Source: a virus (taxonomy: Duplodnaviria > Caudoviricetes). From it: DNA of 57,756 nt. The stretch lies in IMG/VR virus record IMGVR_UViG_3300037518_000144, positions 1 to 57,756 of that record, one strand, 5' to 3'. Position 1 is the first letter of the stretch, and each line of letters opens with the position of its first letter. Both the position numbers and the translations under genes were made by a program. Shown piece after piece: positions 56,881 to 57,756 of the stretch. The notes below the pieces were generated by a model. That model did no database searches, was not told the origin of the DNA, and was given only the letters and a program-made list of their open reading frames with translations.

Positions 56881-57756
56881 TATTTCTTCTCCGTGATGAT
56901 CCAGCCATCAGGCGTAGTCACCGGCGTACCGCGCGCACCGAACAGAGGATTGGCAGCGCTGAAATCTGCCAGATCGTCATAAAAGCCCTCATCCAGCGAG
57001 CCGTTCTTCTTTCGGTACTCGCGCGCTAGCTTTGCGACTTCCTGTTCGCGTTTCGCCAGATTCCTGGCCGTCTGTATGATCAGCTTGTTACCTTCCTGTG
57101 TCTTGGAAAGACCGGGCGTCATCGACACAAGAAATTCACGATCTTTATCTGATAGCGCACCTGGCATACCAGCGCCGCCAGCTGGATTTCTCAGCCCTAA
57201 CGCGATCTCATTTGACAATGCCTCAAGAGCTTGTTTCGGTCCCAGCTTTGAATCTATCTCAAAGCCTAGAGACTGAGCGATAGATGCAACCTGCGTAATG
57301 GCTGGCGTCAGCTTCCCAGTATTGACTCCCTCCAAGAGTTGCTCCATGCGGTCGAGCTTGCCTAGCTTCGTAGGGGCTGCTGCTCCGGCTTTCTGCAGAT
57401 CAACATACATCTCGCCCATGCCTTCGCCGACTTTCTTAGCCTCGGCCTTTTCCTCGCCGATATTCACCGCGACAGCAGCAGCCTGCGGCCTCGGGCTCAC
57501 ACCGGGGAGTACACGGGTGCGACCCGATGTCTTATCGGCCTGGAAGAACACGTCCTGACCGTCCTGCTGGCCTGCTGTTGGTGCCGTGTATTCCGGCAGG
57601 ATGCCTGCTTGCGATCCGGCGATCGTCGCTACCTGATTGGCGATCCTTAGCGCTTCGTCGTCCGTCAGCTCATCAACGCTCTTACCGAGCTGCTTCGCGA
57701 ACATCTCGGCCTTGTCCGGCATGAGTACGCGGAAGTAATCGGCCGGCGCCTCCGAG
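56880..57756 (-). CDS. C-terminal part of an ejection protein (open at the right edge)
   Basis: Frame open to the window edge. GALSDKDREFL..PGLS motif. Confidence 0.7.
   Translation of the reverse strand, partial: SEAPADYFRVLMPDKAEMFAKQLGKSVDELTDDEALRIANQVATIAGSQAGILPEYTAPTAGQQDGQDVFFQADKTSGRTRVLPGVSPRPQAAAVAVNIGEEKAEAKKVGEGMGEMYVDLQKAGAAAPTKLGKLDRMEQLLEGVNTGKLTPAITQVASIAQSLGFEIDSKLGPKQALEALSNEIALGLRNPAGGAGMPGALSDKDREFLVSMTPGLSKTQEGNKLIIQTARNLAKREQEVAKLAREYRKKNGSLDEGFYDDLADFSAANPLFGARGTPVTTPDGWIITEKK

Noticed and set aside
1-57756. CRISPR array, diversity-generating retroelement, retron or intron
   Set aside because: No repeat-spacer array, reverse transcriptase or split core gene was seen.
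1-57756. Genome-wide stop-codon reassignment
   Set aside because: Core genes are intact under the standard code, all three stop codons are used, and neither tRNA has a suppressor anticodon.

Overview
The window appears to be an almost complete, circularly permuted ~58 kb genome of a P22/Sf6-like tailed phage (podovirus) of a proteobacterium. The minus strand carries the late genes: small and large terminase, portal, scaffold, P22-type coat, gp4/gp10-like tail hub, ejection proteins, two tailspike/fibre genes and lysis genes. It also carries replication genes, Q and cro. The plus strand carries a cI-like repressor and an early operon with ERF, a YqaJ exonuclease and a SpoU methyltransferase. 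I found no integrase. The most unusual element is a 4.15 kb IS1595-family transposon (42918-47069) bounded by perfect 23-bp inverted repeats. Its cargo includes two long-variable-arm tRNA genes whose anticodons do not match their bodies: a Leu-like body with a Pro UGG anticodon and a ~46-nt variable arm, and a Ser-like body with an Ala CGC anticodon. It also carries a frameshifted csrA and a Panacea antitoxin next to a PemK-like toxin. Other notable features are a Tat-signal protein fused to a copy of the coat N-terminus, a multi-helix structured RNA candidate upstream of the terminase, glycosyltransferase and methyltransferase genes inside the virion modules, and five HNH endonucleases. All calls come from reading the sequence by eye; no searches or folding programs were run.
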